Shown here: positions 22,692-35,339 of the stretch, piece after piece
Layout: the number at the start of each line of letters is the position of its first letter
Position numbering within the stretch: the stretch's first letter is position 1
NCBI RefSeq assembly: GCF_001447785.1
Contig: NW_015177070.1
Span: 73,640 to 137,639, forward strand
DNA length: 64,000 nt
DNA from: Gekko japonicus
Taxonomy: Eukaryota
Direction: 5' to 3'
Notes under the pieces: model-generated
The model's database searches: none
Told to the model about the DNA's origin: nothing
What the model saw: only the letters and a program-made list of their open reading frames with translations
Program-made: the position numbers and the translations under genes

Positions 22692-25600
22692 TTTCTTGAA
22701 TAGGCAAAAAACTGTAACCAAGTGAGTTTACTAGTGGAGATGCAGGACCCCCAGAAGCCTTTTGACCCCACACATCGCAGGGTGACACAGGTGCCTTAAT
22801 CATACCCACTTTAGCAACACCCATTTAACATGCACCGAGTGTCATTTCTCCTTTATGGAGGTAGTTGTGGGCCATCATCAGTGATGTAGGGGTGACGCTG
22901 AAGACTCAGCGCACATGTTGTAGAAACTGTTTCCAGTGGGTACACGTATTACTTGTGGCCAAAGAGCCCTGGCTGGCTGCAAGTGTCTCCCTGGTTGCAC
23001 CCCCCCCCCCAACCCCCGGAGCTTGAAAGACTGATGGGCGTAGTATCACTACTAGTAGTGAAAAGTGGTACCTGTAACAGGCCTCCTTGACTTGCTCCAA
23101 GGTGGTTGTCAGTCAAAACCAGTGAGAAATCACAGTTCTAAAAATGAATTGAGAAGGCGGCAGCAGGGCCATCTAAGCAGAGCATCAGCAAAACCACAAG
23201 TCGTAGCCAGAATATCTCATGTCTGTGAAGGCATGAAGGGGGAAAGTCTAGGCGTCACTTGCCCCGCGGAAGAAGCCCAGCTGGCCCACAGCCTGGCATC
23301 CACAATCGGAGGTGTCCCGGTCAGGGCTTAGGTGGCAGATCTTAGAGGACAGAGGCAGTGGCTCATACGGAGAAGGTGTCCCCGTGGCAGTTAGGACCCA
23401 GACTGTCTAAGGCTTTGGAGGTCAGGACAAGTAACTTGGAAGCAAGGCTGACAGCCAGCAGAGGTGTTTGAGAACAAAGCAGATATTCTGTGTGCACAAC
23501 AGTTAAACCTCTCAGCAAACATGTTCTGAATCCACGGAAGTTCCTAGTCTCTCTTCAAGCATGTCCCCATATAAAGGCCATGGAGGTAATCTGATCCAAA
23601 AGTCCGTTGAGAAAATCTCAGCAGAGAGACCATGATGGGTAGCTGGTCTATCAGCACCAAAGACGGCGCTTTTGTCTACAGTTGTAGCCGGACCACTCAG
23701 GAGCAGCGCTGTACCGGGGGGGGGGGGGGGGGGCCCCATTTCCCAACCAAACCGGTGATTGAGCCTCCCACCTCCGGCATCATCTGTTTTATATCCCCTT
23801 TTGCCCCGTTCATTACTGACTTCAGCTACTCATTGGGTGAGGTTGCAGCTCTGCCTGGACATGGGGAAAGTGAGAAATAGAACTGAACGTCACCCCAGAG
23901 TTGATTTGGAACAGCTGCGTAAGAGGACAGATACTGTAGGATGCAGTCGAGTGCAGAAAAAGTTGGCAATGGGGAGGAATAATAGAGACTTGATGTAGAT
24001 ATGCTGTCTTAAGTGCTACAGACACCGGCGTAATGTCATGCTTGCCTGTATAGCACACTGTAAAGGAGGGTTCCTCCGTCTTCAGTAGCGCAGTTCTGTC
24101 CACAAGCATTTCCTTGACCACCAGCACCATCTGAGGGCAAGCCTTCCTTTCCTCTTACCGCTTGGTGGGGGAGGTCATTTCTTGTGAGGATAACTACCCA
24201 TTCTTTACAAAAACAAAGAACTCTGAACAACTACAGAAATGATGAGTGAACAGGTACTGGTCCATGCCAGTGTCCTCATTGTCCCATCCCCCCCAATGGA
24301 ACGGCGCATGGGGGGGGGAGATTTCTTGGGCATTAGGGGTGAGGATTTTCTTGTACAGCTTTTTCAAGTTTTTTTGAAATATGAACTCTTAATCTAGAGA
24401 TTCTGACTATTGGATCTGGTCGGCTCATTGTAGGTGGATTAAAGAGGGCTGAGACACTCAAGATAAATGGCAGCAACAACTGCCAAAGAGGGTTACTTTC
24501 CCTGGGCTCTTGCACATGAACATTTCTGCACAGGCAGCTTAAGGCAGGGTCAAGAGCTCCTCCTTTGAAAAGAAGCAGAGTTCATCTGCTTAGATAGTTT
24601 ATGCAAAAAAAGGTCATGTGGCATCCTCAAAACTAGCAGATTTATTGAACTGTAAAATGGAGCTCGCTTCATCCAATGAGTGATGTGAATCTGAATCACC
24701 AGGATATATAAATGGCAGGGGAGGGTGCAATCTATGGGGAAGGACCCCTTTGAGCGACCAGAGTGGGGTGGGGGAACTGTTCTATGCCAAGGAATGGGAT
24801 GCCTGCCCGTGAATGCTGCTCTGTCCTAGGAAGCTGGTGTTGCCTATCTATTGAGTGCTGGTCTGGAGAAACCCGGATTCACGTCCCCTTGACCTGGTGG
24901 TGTCATGTGGCAGAGGGCCTGACTCAGCCCACTTAATGGAGCACACCTGCTTTATTCCGACCTCCACCCCCTTGGTGGGGTTTAAACTTCCATTCCGTAT
25001 CCTACCTGAGTGCTTCCTCTCCCTCATGAGCTGTTGGGGAAGTGCCAGGAATGTCTGTTGTACGTTCTTTGGCGCAATGTTTGTGTCCTCTGGCCTTGCG
25101 TGAAGGGGTCCCTGGGCTTTCTTGGGGACTTCCTTAGCCAAGGCGGGGACAGACTAGTCCCTGCCTCCTCACCCGCGTCCTTGTATGGTTGAGAATTAGA
25201 CAGCCTGGCGAGGGCCACTGTGTCATGGGAGCCTTCCTTGGGAGTGGTGGCACACCCGCTGCGCTCTGTCGGCCCCCATCCTCACGTGTTCCCCTCAGGT
25301 ATTACGGGGGGGTGGGCAGAGTGCATCTCTGGAGAAAGACAACTCTTATCCTACCTTTGCAGCCTCATTTAGGACATCAGAGCGATCCTGCTGGACCAGG
25401 CTACCTAGTCGGTTTAGTCCAGCATCCTCTATCACGCAGTCGCCCTGATGAATGCAAAGGTGGGTCTCAGTAATATCCTGCATCGTCATAACCCCTTGAG
25501 ATATCCCTCAAAACAAGTCTGATCAGCATGCTTGCATGCCCAAACGCCTCTCATACTTTCTGGCAGTATCATGCAGTTACTCCGGGGAACTAAAGACCCA

Positions 25601-26248
25601 GCTTGCCCACAGGGATGGTGTTCAAGCTGGGGTGACCAAACACAGCAGCCATCCTGCCATGGAGGGGCACAGCCAGGCTCAAGGGGTCCCCCAGTGCCCT
25701 CTCTTGTCTCGTGTGTGAGGTTCTATGTGAGCTGGGAGAGCAGTTCACTTGTTGCCGGGGGAGGGGGTTCCTGTTGTTATCCTCCAGTGTCACGTTCCTG
25801 GGGGTTTCCACTGGCTGGTCAAGTTGCAGGATTTCTGTCTGGCTAATGGATGCAGCCGAATCCTTCACCGTATACAGGCAATCTGAGGGGAACTGTCTGC
25901 CACGTGCAACGACAGCCTTCCTGACTCATAGATAAGGAGCTTTGCCTCAAGTTTATTAATATTTTTATTAATATTTAAGTTCTTTTTATCCTGTTTTCCC
26001 GCCTCGAAAGGGCCCAAGGCAGCTAAAAAGTGTCAAAGAATTAAACACAGAATATATTTATTAAATGTCCTTGTTTGATCTGTAGGTGAGATGCAAAGTA
26101 AGCCAATCAGTCCACCTTGTTTGCCAAACAGACAGTCAGCCAAGGACTTTGTTAATACAAAAAGATTCTGATGGGATCCTAAAGCTGGTCCGTCTCCCAC
26201 AATATTTTCAGGACGGCAGATGCCACCTGCGAGCAGGCTCTGCACTGA

Positions 26249-27466
26249 CTATGTGGTTCTTGCCTGGCATGGCAGGTCCTGCTTCTGGAAGCTCCAGGAA
26301 CCTGAAGCTGGAGGTGACCCTTTTCCCGGCTGGGCAAGGGACTTCTGAGGATGTAAGAGGCTCAGTGACATGTTTGTCTGTTCTGCCTCCGACCTTACCA
26401 GCCTGTAGCCCAGTACCCCCATGGCATCCTCACATGCCTCCTGCAGCTTTGCCACTTTGGGATAAGGAAGGGTCTTCCTCCAGGCCTGGGACACATTCAC
26501 TGCATCCCGGGACCCAACATCAAAGGCCTCTGTGCCAAGACCGTGCCCGTGGGTGATGTTGTGCACCCAGGACTGGAGGCGGGGAATTAAATGGAGCCCT
26601 GCGAACCTGTACAGCTGGACAACCAGGGCTAGGGGGTCCCGGACAATGTCTTCATAGCGCACCAAGAGGTAGCGGCCCTGGAGGTGGCTTGGAAGGGCAC
26701 AGCTGCCCTGGGTGTACATCTCAAGGTGACTTTTGCAAATCTCCCGCATCACAGCATAAGGCTCCGTTTTCCTCAGCTCACTCCTGTGCCCCACCACAAT
26801 GCCGCTGTCCTGGGCCAGGTCGCCTGCCGTGTGCTCGCGGGAGCGGAAGACAGCCCTGGGGTCCCGGACCAAGTGAATGATCTTGAGGTTCAAGGAAGGG
26901 TCGGCAAAGAGGGAGTTGAGTGCTTTGAGGTTAAAGAGCCGGACCTCCTTCAGCACCACGTGGCTGTAGGTCTTGCAGGCCTGTGCTACCTTGCGGAAAG
27001 GGTACTTGCCACAGAGGGTCTTGCAGGCCTGTTTGGAGATGATGTCGCTGCGCTGGAAAAGGTGGCACGCCGGGGGGGAGCACAGGGCCCGGCTGGCCTC
27101 CCACTGGAAGAGCGCCCTCTGGTTCCTCTGCTCAGACATGTAAGCATCAAAGACGGACATGTCGCACTTGAAGACAGACCGGACGAGGTCTCGCACCGCC
27201 ATCTGCAGCGCCTTGGCGCTACTCTGGTGCATGGTGACCCACACATGCCAGGCTGGCTCCATCAGGTAGAAGACGTCCGGATGCTGGCTGAAGATCTGGC
27301 CCACAAAGGAAGACCCTGACCGCCAAGAGGAGAGGATGAGGATGTGCGTCTGGGCCGGCTCCTCCTTCCGGGGACTCTCACAAGTGTGGAGCTGAGAGAA
27401 GCAGATGAGAGCTGTTGCTGGCAGGGCCAGGATCACAAGCACTTTCAACCGATTTATCTTCAGCAT
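26249..27466 (-). CDS. CHST4: Carbohydrate (N-acetylglucosamine 6-O) sulfotransferase, 405 aa, single coding exon
   Basis: GCCATG start just after a ccccag acceptor. N-terminal TM anchor, 5'-PSB SWRSGSSFVGQ, 3'-PB VRDPRAV, RYED. LFQWE and RSREHTAGDLAQDSGIV resemble CHST4 more than CHST5/6, and the gene neighbours TAT. Confidence 0.88.
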   Translation of the reverse strand: MLKINRLKVLVILALPATALICFSQLHTCESPRKEEPAQTHILILSSWRSGSSFVGQIFSQHPDVFYLMEPAWHVWVTMHQSSAKALQMAVRDLVRSVFKCDMSVFDAYMSEQRNQRALFQWEASRALCSPPACHLFQRSDIISKQACKTLCGKYPFRKVAQACKTYSHVVLKEVRLFNLKALNSLFADPSLNLKIIHLVRDPRAVFRSREHTAGDLAQDSGIVVGHRSELRKTEPYAVMREICKSHLEMYTQGSCALPSHLQGRYLLVRYEDIVRDPLALVVQLYRFAGLHLIPRLQSWVHNITHGHGLGTEAFDVGSRDAVNVSQAWRKTLPYPKVAKLQEACEDAMGVLGYRLVRSEAEQTNMSLSLLHPQKSLAQPGKGSPPASGSWSFQKQDLPCQARTT

Positions 27467-28134
27467 GGCAGCTGGGAGCCTGGGGGGAGGGGGAGAGAAA
27501 GGAAACGTCTGGGAGGGCTGAGCCTGTGCAGCTCCCCATGGCCAGTTGCTCTTGGCATTGCCGGCTCTCCACCCCAACTCTTCTGGCACCTGATTGGAGC
27601 AGGGGGCAGAGCCGGGGGGGGGTGGCAAAGGGCAGCACCTGTTAGACTCGGGGGGGGGGGCAGCTAGCAACGCCTGCTTTCCGTTTGCGCCTATGTCTTG
27701 CGCCATAAGGGAAGGCAAGGCCTGTTGCCCAGAGGGGGCACCCTCTCTCGTGTGTGTCTCTCTGAGTCGCCAGAGTTACCTCCCTTCAGCTGTGCTCTGC
27801 TCCCATCCGAGCTCCCATCCATCCCACCTTACAAGCAGACTCTCTTTGCAAAGCCAATTAACACAAATGCCCGTTGGGGACTGAATGTATCTTTCCATTC
27901 AAGGCTGATGAAGAGTTCCGTGTAATTGAAAAATGTGCACACTTCTGCTCAGAAATGCAAATCCAAACGACGCCCAGGATGTTTGCATTTCCCAAGGAGC
28001 CAGGGGGCTGGCTGGCTAGACTCTCTTTCCAGTGGGACGGCTCTTCTGATGCCATGTAGCCAACGCAGTGATCTATGGGAAGCACCTGCCAGACAACCCT
28101 CTCCTTCCAATGGGCCCTGCCTTTGAGATGAGAG

Positions 28135-29845
28135 GACTGTGCAGAGGGAAGGCCTGCCTGGCCAACCACCTGGAGTTCTCTGAGGAAGTGAACCAAGCCA
28201 AGTAGGCAGCAGTGACACCACCCCCCCCCAGTAGACCTTCTGTACCTGGACTTTCAGAAGGCTTTTGACAAGGTGCCTCACCAAAGACTCGGCGGTCCTG
28301 GATAAGAGGACGGGTCCTCTTAACTGGGTTAAAAATCAGTTAAATGACAGGAAGCAAAGAGTGGGACTTGATGGACAGTTCTCACAGTGGAGGGAAGGAA
28401 GGAAGCAGTGGGGGGCCCCACAAGGATCGGCATTGGGGCCGGTGCTGTTTAGTTTATTCATCATTTATCTGGAGAAGGGGTGAAGTGGGGGGGGGGAACT
28501 GGCCAAGTTTGCGGATGACCCCAGACAGTTCAGGAGGGGGGAAGCCAAGGCTGGCGGGGCTCTGAACTCTGACGGAGGGAGGCTCTCCACAGGCGGCCAC
28601 CCCTCTCCTCCATGGGGGCGCCCGCCTGCCTGTGGCCTCCCGCTGACTCACACCCCCACCCGGCCCGGCCCCCCCGGGAGTGGGGGCCCCCCTCCCACTT
28701 CTCCCCAGGCACCCCCCCTGCTCCTCTACTGGGGCAGGTTTTCCCTCCGAGTCCCCTGTTGACCAATCACAGGGTCCAACACGATGGGGGGGGGGGAGAA
28801 GGGGAGTGTAGGCCCTGTGATGGCCACTCTAGTGCAGGCTTCCCTGGAGCCACTAGGCCACACTGCTCTAGGCCTGGGGCCATAACAAGCCCCAAGAGGG
28901 CCTCCCCAAATGGGGTGAGGGGGTGACAACGTGGCAAATGAAGTTCAGCGCTGGCAGGCGTGAGGCGAGGCCAACTGGGACAGAGAATCCCAACTTCACG
29001 TAGAGGCTCGTGGGGGCCTGAACCCGCTGAGCCTGGGGGGGGGGAAGGTCTTGGGGTCCTAGTGGTGGAGAGAGCTGGATGGAAGTGTCGACCCCCCCCC
29101 CGTGTGTGTGTGTGCGTGCCGCAGCGGCGAAAGGGGCAAACTCTGCTGGGGGCTATGAGGAAAGGGGTGGAGAAGAGAACGGCCGATACGGCCATGCCCC
29201 CCTGCGTATGGCTCTATGGGGCAGCCTCGTTTGGAACCCTGCATGCCGCTCCGGTCCCCGTCTCTCCAAAAGGGCATCGCAGGGCTGGGGGAAAGGGCAG
29301 AGGAGGGCAGCCACGAGGATTGGGGGGGGGTTGGAGCACCCTCCCGATGATGAGGAAAGGCCGAGGAGGAGTCCCTGGGGCTCTTCGGACGACTGAGGGG
29401 AGGGAGGCATGATGGAGGTTTGCAAAATGATGCATGGGGTGGAGAGAGTGGACGGAGATGATTTTTTCTCCCTCTCCCAAAAGACCAGCAGCACTCCAGG
29501 GCATCCAATGAAGCTGGTGGGCAGTAGGCTCAGGATGGACAAAAGGAAATACTGTTTTACGTAGAGAGTGATAAAACCTGGAATTTGCTGCCAGAAGATT
29601 TAGGGACGGCCACAGGAATAAACAGCCTTAAAAGGGGGATAAGATAGTTTCATGGAGGAGAGGTCCATCAGTGGCTACTAGCCATGGTGGCTGAGGGGAA
29701 CCTCCACATTCAGAGGCAGTTAACCTCTGAATCCCAGAGACAGGAGGCAACATCAGGGGAAGGTCTTGGCCTCTTTGCCCTGTTGCTGGCCCTCCAGAGG
29801 AAATGGCTGGCGGCTGTCTGATCCAGCAGGGCTCTTCCCATTTTG
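28135..29845 (+). mobile_element. Ancient CR1 RT fossil, GC-eroded, with a ~330-bp interruption at about 28560-28890
   Basis: Recognisable C(R)GKACLANHLEF, YLDFQKAFDKVPHQRL, QGSALGPVLFSLFI, KFADD, WQMKF and the CR1 3' end (gaggtccatcagtggctactagcc). Confidence 0.85.
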
Positions 29846-30690
29846 TTGATTCCAAGGCTGTTTCTGCTGTCTCATTCCTCACAGCGAGAAACCAGCTTTC
29901 TCCATTCTGAGTCCTCACAAGGGTTGCAGGAAGCCACGCAGTGGGGCCAGGAGGAGTCAGCCTGTGTTGACTGCAACAGGATGCAACCTCTGGGAGTGGT
30001 GGGATGGCAGGCAGTTAGGCCACCTTGCCTGGGGCACGAGGCCTTCCCAAGCACCACATGTACATGGCCAGGGCAGAAGAGCCTGGGTGCGAATTTGCAC
30101 TCAGCCATGAAGCTCCCTGGATGGTTGAAGATGAAATGCAGGGCCTTGGAGCTTCCTGGGCAGTGTGTAGGACAAATAATAAACTTCCGGGAATACAGGA
30201 AAGCTTCTTCACCAAGACCTTGCTCTCAGTTCTAAAAACGTGAACAAAAAGAGGACACGTACAACCTTAACACAACAGTAATACAAAGGCGTCTCTCAAG
30301 TCAAAACTCACGGACAGAAGGCAGCCCAACACATGCGCAGTTAATTCCAATAAATGCCGGCAAGCCAGCTTCCCTCACCGTGAGGTCCAGTGCCTGGAAC
30401 ACTCTGCAGTGTTGTTCGGCTGGCCAGGGCCTAGCCCCATTGCCTGGTCATTGGAGTAGGATGCGTGGCTGTGCAGAGTGTTTCCCCACCCAAATCCCTG
30501 CACTCCCACTTGGGCTGCCTCCCCGACCTAGCCGAGGGCTAAAGAGGTCATCTGCTGCCATCCACTAGAGCGGGGGCGTCAATAAGGCCCCTGGCTCTTG
30601 TCCTCACCCTTTGACGCTTGAGGCCCCTAAAGTTCCCAGCTCCCTCTGTCTTGTCTTGGCCTGCTTCCGCAGGAAGCCATTCTGGGCTTG

Positions 30691-31080
30691 CAAAATTACA
30701 AAGAAAATACAGAACGGATTTTTCCGTTAAGGTCTCTGCACCCAGATCAACTACTCTCGTGTTGTTTCCCACAATAGAAACAGTGCTCTGGGACTGGAAT
30801 GACAGCCCCCAGAGTAGAATGACACTCCCTAGGAATAGAATCTGTGTTTGGGGACTGGAATGACAGGGCGCAGAGTGGAATGACAGCCCCAGTGAGTAGC
30901 AGCAGCAGCATTCTGGGAACGTAGTTCCACTCTGGGGCCCTCATTCCAATCCCAGAATGCTTCTGCTACTCCCAGGGACTGTCATTTCACGCTGGTGGCT
31001 GTCATTGCAGTCCCAGAATAGTCTATCTGGGCCCAGAGACCTTAATGGGAAATCCATTCCACATTTTCTTTGCAACTTTG
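30691..31080. repeat. ~390-bp imperfect palindrome (foldback/MITE-like)
   Basis: Left caaaattacaaagaaaatacagaacggatttttccgttaaggtctctgcacccagat matches the reverse complement of the right end. Internal ggaatgacag subrepeats occur in both orientations. Confidence 0.85.
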
Positions 31081-34000
31081 TTCTGCAATGTATTTCAAGG
31101 GAGTGGAGCTCAAGAAGTTTCACTTTCCAGTGTTTGTATAGTTGCAGCTGTTGCTTGATGGAGTTGTCTCCTTACAAATACAGGGATGATGTTTTGAGCC
31201 AGCTTGTCTGTGCTGAATGGACCAGAGAATGGGTGCCTGAGTAAGTACTCTAACCTGGGAACCCACAACCAAAGGGGGACATTATACAGGAGAGTCATTT
31301 GCCACTCTGAGTACACCTTGCGGGGGGGGGGGGGGGAGGCCTGTGCCCAGCCATTTTATGTTCCTATGCTCAGAGCATGTTATATTTTTAGTTTCTGCTG
31401 TGATCCTTGTGCTTTTTCTTGATGTTTTATTTTAAAAATTGCATTGCCAAACCCTGCTATTCCCCAACCTTTCCATTTTAGGCAGGCATCTTTTTTGGGA
31501 GGGGGGGAGGTTTGGGAGGTGTCAGTTATCAAACACTGTTAACTAAACCCAATAATCGCAAGAGTTTTAAGCATATTTGTATTTTAAATTTTAAAATAAT
31601 ATCTTCGTGTTTGTATCTTTTATGAAGTTTATACCTCTGCTACCTGGCATTACATTTTATGACCCCCATGACCTGGCCCCACAAAGCCCCATTTATGTCA
31701 GATTCAGCCCTTGCATAGAGTTTCAGGACCCTCAGGCACTTTTCTCTGCCTCTTTAGCTGACCAGAATGCTTTTGATACTCTCCCGCTATAAGGCGCAAA
31801 AGCCACTGTATCGACAGGGAAAAGTTCAATTAACCGGGGAGCGAGTGGGCAGAAGGGTGAATAGGTACAGATTTATGCTTAAAGAAAGATTTGTTATGGA
31901 GAGCAAGTCAGCAGTGTAGGTGGCATGTTAAGTGGCAGAAGAAAACAGAAACCCGGCCGAAAGACCAGCCTTTCTGCGCGGCCTGATGTGAGATCTGAGG
32001 CCGACCTTCCAGGCCGGGCTCCAAACGTGAGTCCTTCCTGCGGCCGGGGCAGGCTGCCTTCTTTGCCCACGGTACTGATAGAGATGCAAGGCCTACCTGG
32101 GGAGACGTTGTCGGTGTGTGCTGGCAAATGAAATGCTGAGCTATGGGAAAGGAGGGTCCTCCTTGGCCAGACACTCCTTGTTTATTTTTGTTTATTTACT
32201 TACTAAATTGGTTAATCGTATTTGTTCCATCCCTGATAATGGAGTAAACCACAGCCCAGCAGGGCAGCCAGCATCCCTGGGATTCTCCTTGAACTCGGCT
32301 GGCGGCTAAGCAGGTCTAGAAAGCTGATGCGGGGCCCCACAGGGCCCCACCCTGCTGCCAGGACCTCGGTTGTTTGGGCAGAGAGCCGGCCCTGGATGCC
32401 AAGCGGAGAGCTGGGGTGTGCTGCTGTTGGCACAGGTGCTGGGGGCTGCCCGCTCCTGGCCTCGCCTGTACACGGCCCCTCCAAGCAAGAGAAGAAGCAG
32501 GAAGTCAGCCGTGCTGGCACTCACCTGGAGCGTTCCAGCCATCTCCTTTGAAAGTTCATCCAGCCTCTACTTTCGACTATGAGAGCAGGGCTGCTGGGGG
32601 CACACACACGCATGCGCAACCCCCTGGGTCAGCACCTGAGGGCCTGAGTTGACGGGCAACATACTGCTGTTGTTGCACTGGTGCTCCAAAAAGAAAAAAC
32701 AACCCACTCATTTGGAAGCTGCAGTGGAAAAAGCCCTCTGTGTGGAAACAGCCAAAATTAAACTGGACTGGCGCTTGAATAAGCTAGCACCCACCAGGTG
32801 TTCAGTGTTACAATCGAATCCTGCCCCTCCCACCAGCCACAAGTAGAAAATGAAGACGTCACCCTGGTACTCCAGGCAAGGCGACTTTTCTTTGGCCAAT
32901 TTATGAGAACTGCACACAATGCGCCGACCGTACGCATATATTCAGGGAGGCCTTTGTGCCTGTTGGGCACTGGCCAAGTCCTGTCTCTCTCGGGGTTGGT
33001 TCCTGCTTGACAGTCCCACATTTTTAAGGGGCTCAGAGAGAAATCTAGACCAAATTGGACCGTGAGATGCAGGGGTGAGAATGCTGGAAACGGGTTCCAG
33101 TTCCCAGTTGGCCATGAAGTTCACCTGGGTCCTTGGGCCCACCCCTCTCGCCTCACCTCGCCACATCGGCAACCACTCGCAGCTCGGATCCAGAACCCGC
33201 CCTTCTGTCCTTGAGTGGGGAGGAAAGGCATCCTTGAGCCATACTGACATGTTTCAGCCCACAGTGAATGACGCTCCCTCCCCTCCAGGAAACACCAAAG
33301 AACACAGGCCAAGCCATCCCGTACCAGCCTGCTGACCCTGAACAGCCTGCAAGCTTTACCTCACCCATTTGCCACCCGCTTCCCCCGTGGTGGGTGCAGT
33401 TTGCACCTGGTAAAGCGGTCCACTGTCCCCTCCCAACAGATCCGGGTGCCTGCACTCACATCCCGACCCCTTCATGGATACCAATGCAGCTATTGCAGGC
33501 ATGCATAGACACCCACACCCCGTTTCCTCCCCCCACGCCAGCTTCCAGCCAGCCTCTCCCTTACCCACTGTGTTGTTCTCTGCCACCCTTCTGCTCCGTG
33601 TCTCCGAGGAGGCTCTCCCTCCTTGGACTGCCTGCCACGGCCAGCAAGAGACCGTCCTGCCTGGGAGCTGGGAGAGCGCAAGACTGTGGTGCTGGGGGAA
33701 ACCAGCCTCCTGTGAGCTCCAGCCAGGGCACCACCGGGAGGCGGGGAGGGGCGGTATTAAGCTAGACTGGACTCCGCCTTGAGGGAGTGAGGACAGCTTG
33801 CCTTGTGGAAGGATGGCCGGCCAAGCAGCACCGGCAGGATCCCAAAACCACAGCTGGCAGGCATCCCAGTCCGGGGAAAGAACAGGTATGCCCACGCAGC
33901 CTCCTGAAGCGGCAGCGGCGGCGATGTTTGGCAAGCCTCCGGGTGGCTGGGACACACCAGGAAGGGGGGGGCACATGGCCAGGCCTGAGAGCCATCCATA

Positions 34001-35339
34001 TGAAAGAGAAGGCCCAGAAAGGTGGACTGGTGGCCGGCCAGAGTTCCCGCCCATTCCTCCCTGTGGGTGGGGCTCTTCCTCCTCCAAGTTCTGCGAAGGC
34101 CACGGAAACTTCTGCTCCCGGCCCCCCGCTGCCTGCTGGCTTGCCCCTTTGCCTGCAAGTGCTTGCCATGGCTCTGGGAGGGTGCCGAAGCGTGTGGCTG
34201 TGGCTGAAGTGGTGCTGCTGCCCCCCCCTCCGGTGGAGCAGCCTTGCCCCTGGGGGCGGGGGCAGTGCCCTGAGAAAGGGGGGAAGGAAGGGGCCCTCCC
34301 TTGGAAGCGAGCCGTGGCCCGAGGGTCTCTCTCTGCCTCCTTTGCCCCACCACCACCACCACCACCACCTCCCTGGAGCATTTCCACAGGCGGCCCTGGA
34401 AGCCAGCAGCGGCTCCTATCTAGAGCTCCCACAGGCAGGACCTGCAGTGAGGCACCTGCAGGCAGCTCTGAGCACAGCTCCCTTGTGGGGGTGGCTCTGC
34501 CCGGCCAGCCGGCTCCTCCTGACCCATCTGCCCTGCTGCTCAGACCGCATCCTCCTCCTCCTCCTCCTCCTCCTGCTGCTGCAAGACTGGGGAGCGGCCA
34601 AATTCGGCCCAGGAGGACCAAGCGCCCGGGCAGGCGGCCAGCAGAGTACGGCCCCTGCATGGCTGGGCTCTGAAGGGGGGGCAGGCCCTCCCACCCCCCC
34701 ACCCAGCCTTTCTCTGGGCCAGGAGGGGAGAGAGCAGAGGGTGCAGCGGGATGGCCGCGTGAGGGGCGCCAGGAAGAAGGCCATTGCCCCCCCCCTGAAA
34801 GCCCTCTTGCTGTCCCGAGTGCCACCTCCCCCTGCCACCGCTCGCCCCGTGGCCCGTGTGTGGCCCGTTCTGTGTGCAGGGCCTCTGGCCGCCTCTCCCC
34901 CTGTGCTGAGGCCGAGAGAGAAGGGAGCTGCCACTGAGGGCAAGGACTCTGTGCCCACGCCACGGGCAGCTCTCACAGCCCTTGCTTCTTTTCAGGGAGG
35001 CCTGAGTAGTACCTGCGGCCCTTTCCCCAGCTACGTGCGCACAACCCCAGGCTGGGCGTTTGGGGGGGGGGGAGTTGTGTGCTCCTTGGGTGTACATGAG
35101 GGTTCAGTTCAGACCATCCCATCGTGTGCAGGCAGGGGGTGGGGGGATGACCTCCTCCCTCGCATCACCTTCCCAACCTGGAAAATGCCCTGGAGAGAAA
35201 GCGGCTTGGGGGGGGGGGGGGTTGTGGTCCTGATCCAAATTTGGCCTGCATGTCTGTAACCCAGCCTAAGGCGAAGGCATTGGCTGCTGGCCACCAGATC
35301 TCACTGCTCTAGGTACTGTGCCCATATATCCTAATTATA

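Noticed and set aside
27467-27718. 84-aa N-terminal extension of the CHST4 ORF call
   Set aside because: Low-complexity intronic sequence upstream of a ccccag acceptor; the Kozak ATG and TM anchor start at 27466.
30780-31020. CRISPR-like spaced repeats
   Set aside because: Eukaryotic context; the repeats are degenerate, mirrored in orientation and lack unique spacers.
33356-35259. 535-aa and 490-aa overlapping ORFs
   Set aside because: Gly/Pro/Ala/Arg-rich products of stop-poor GC-rich DNA, with no domain or exon structure.
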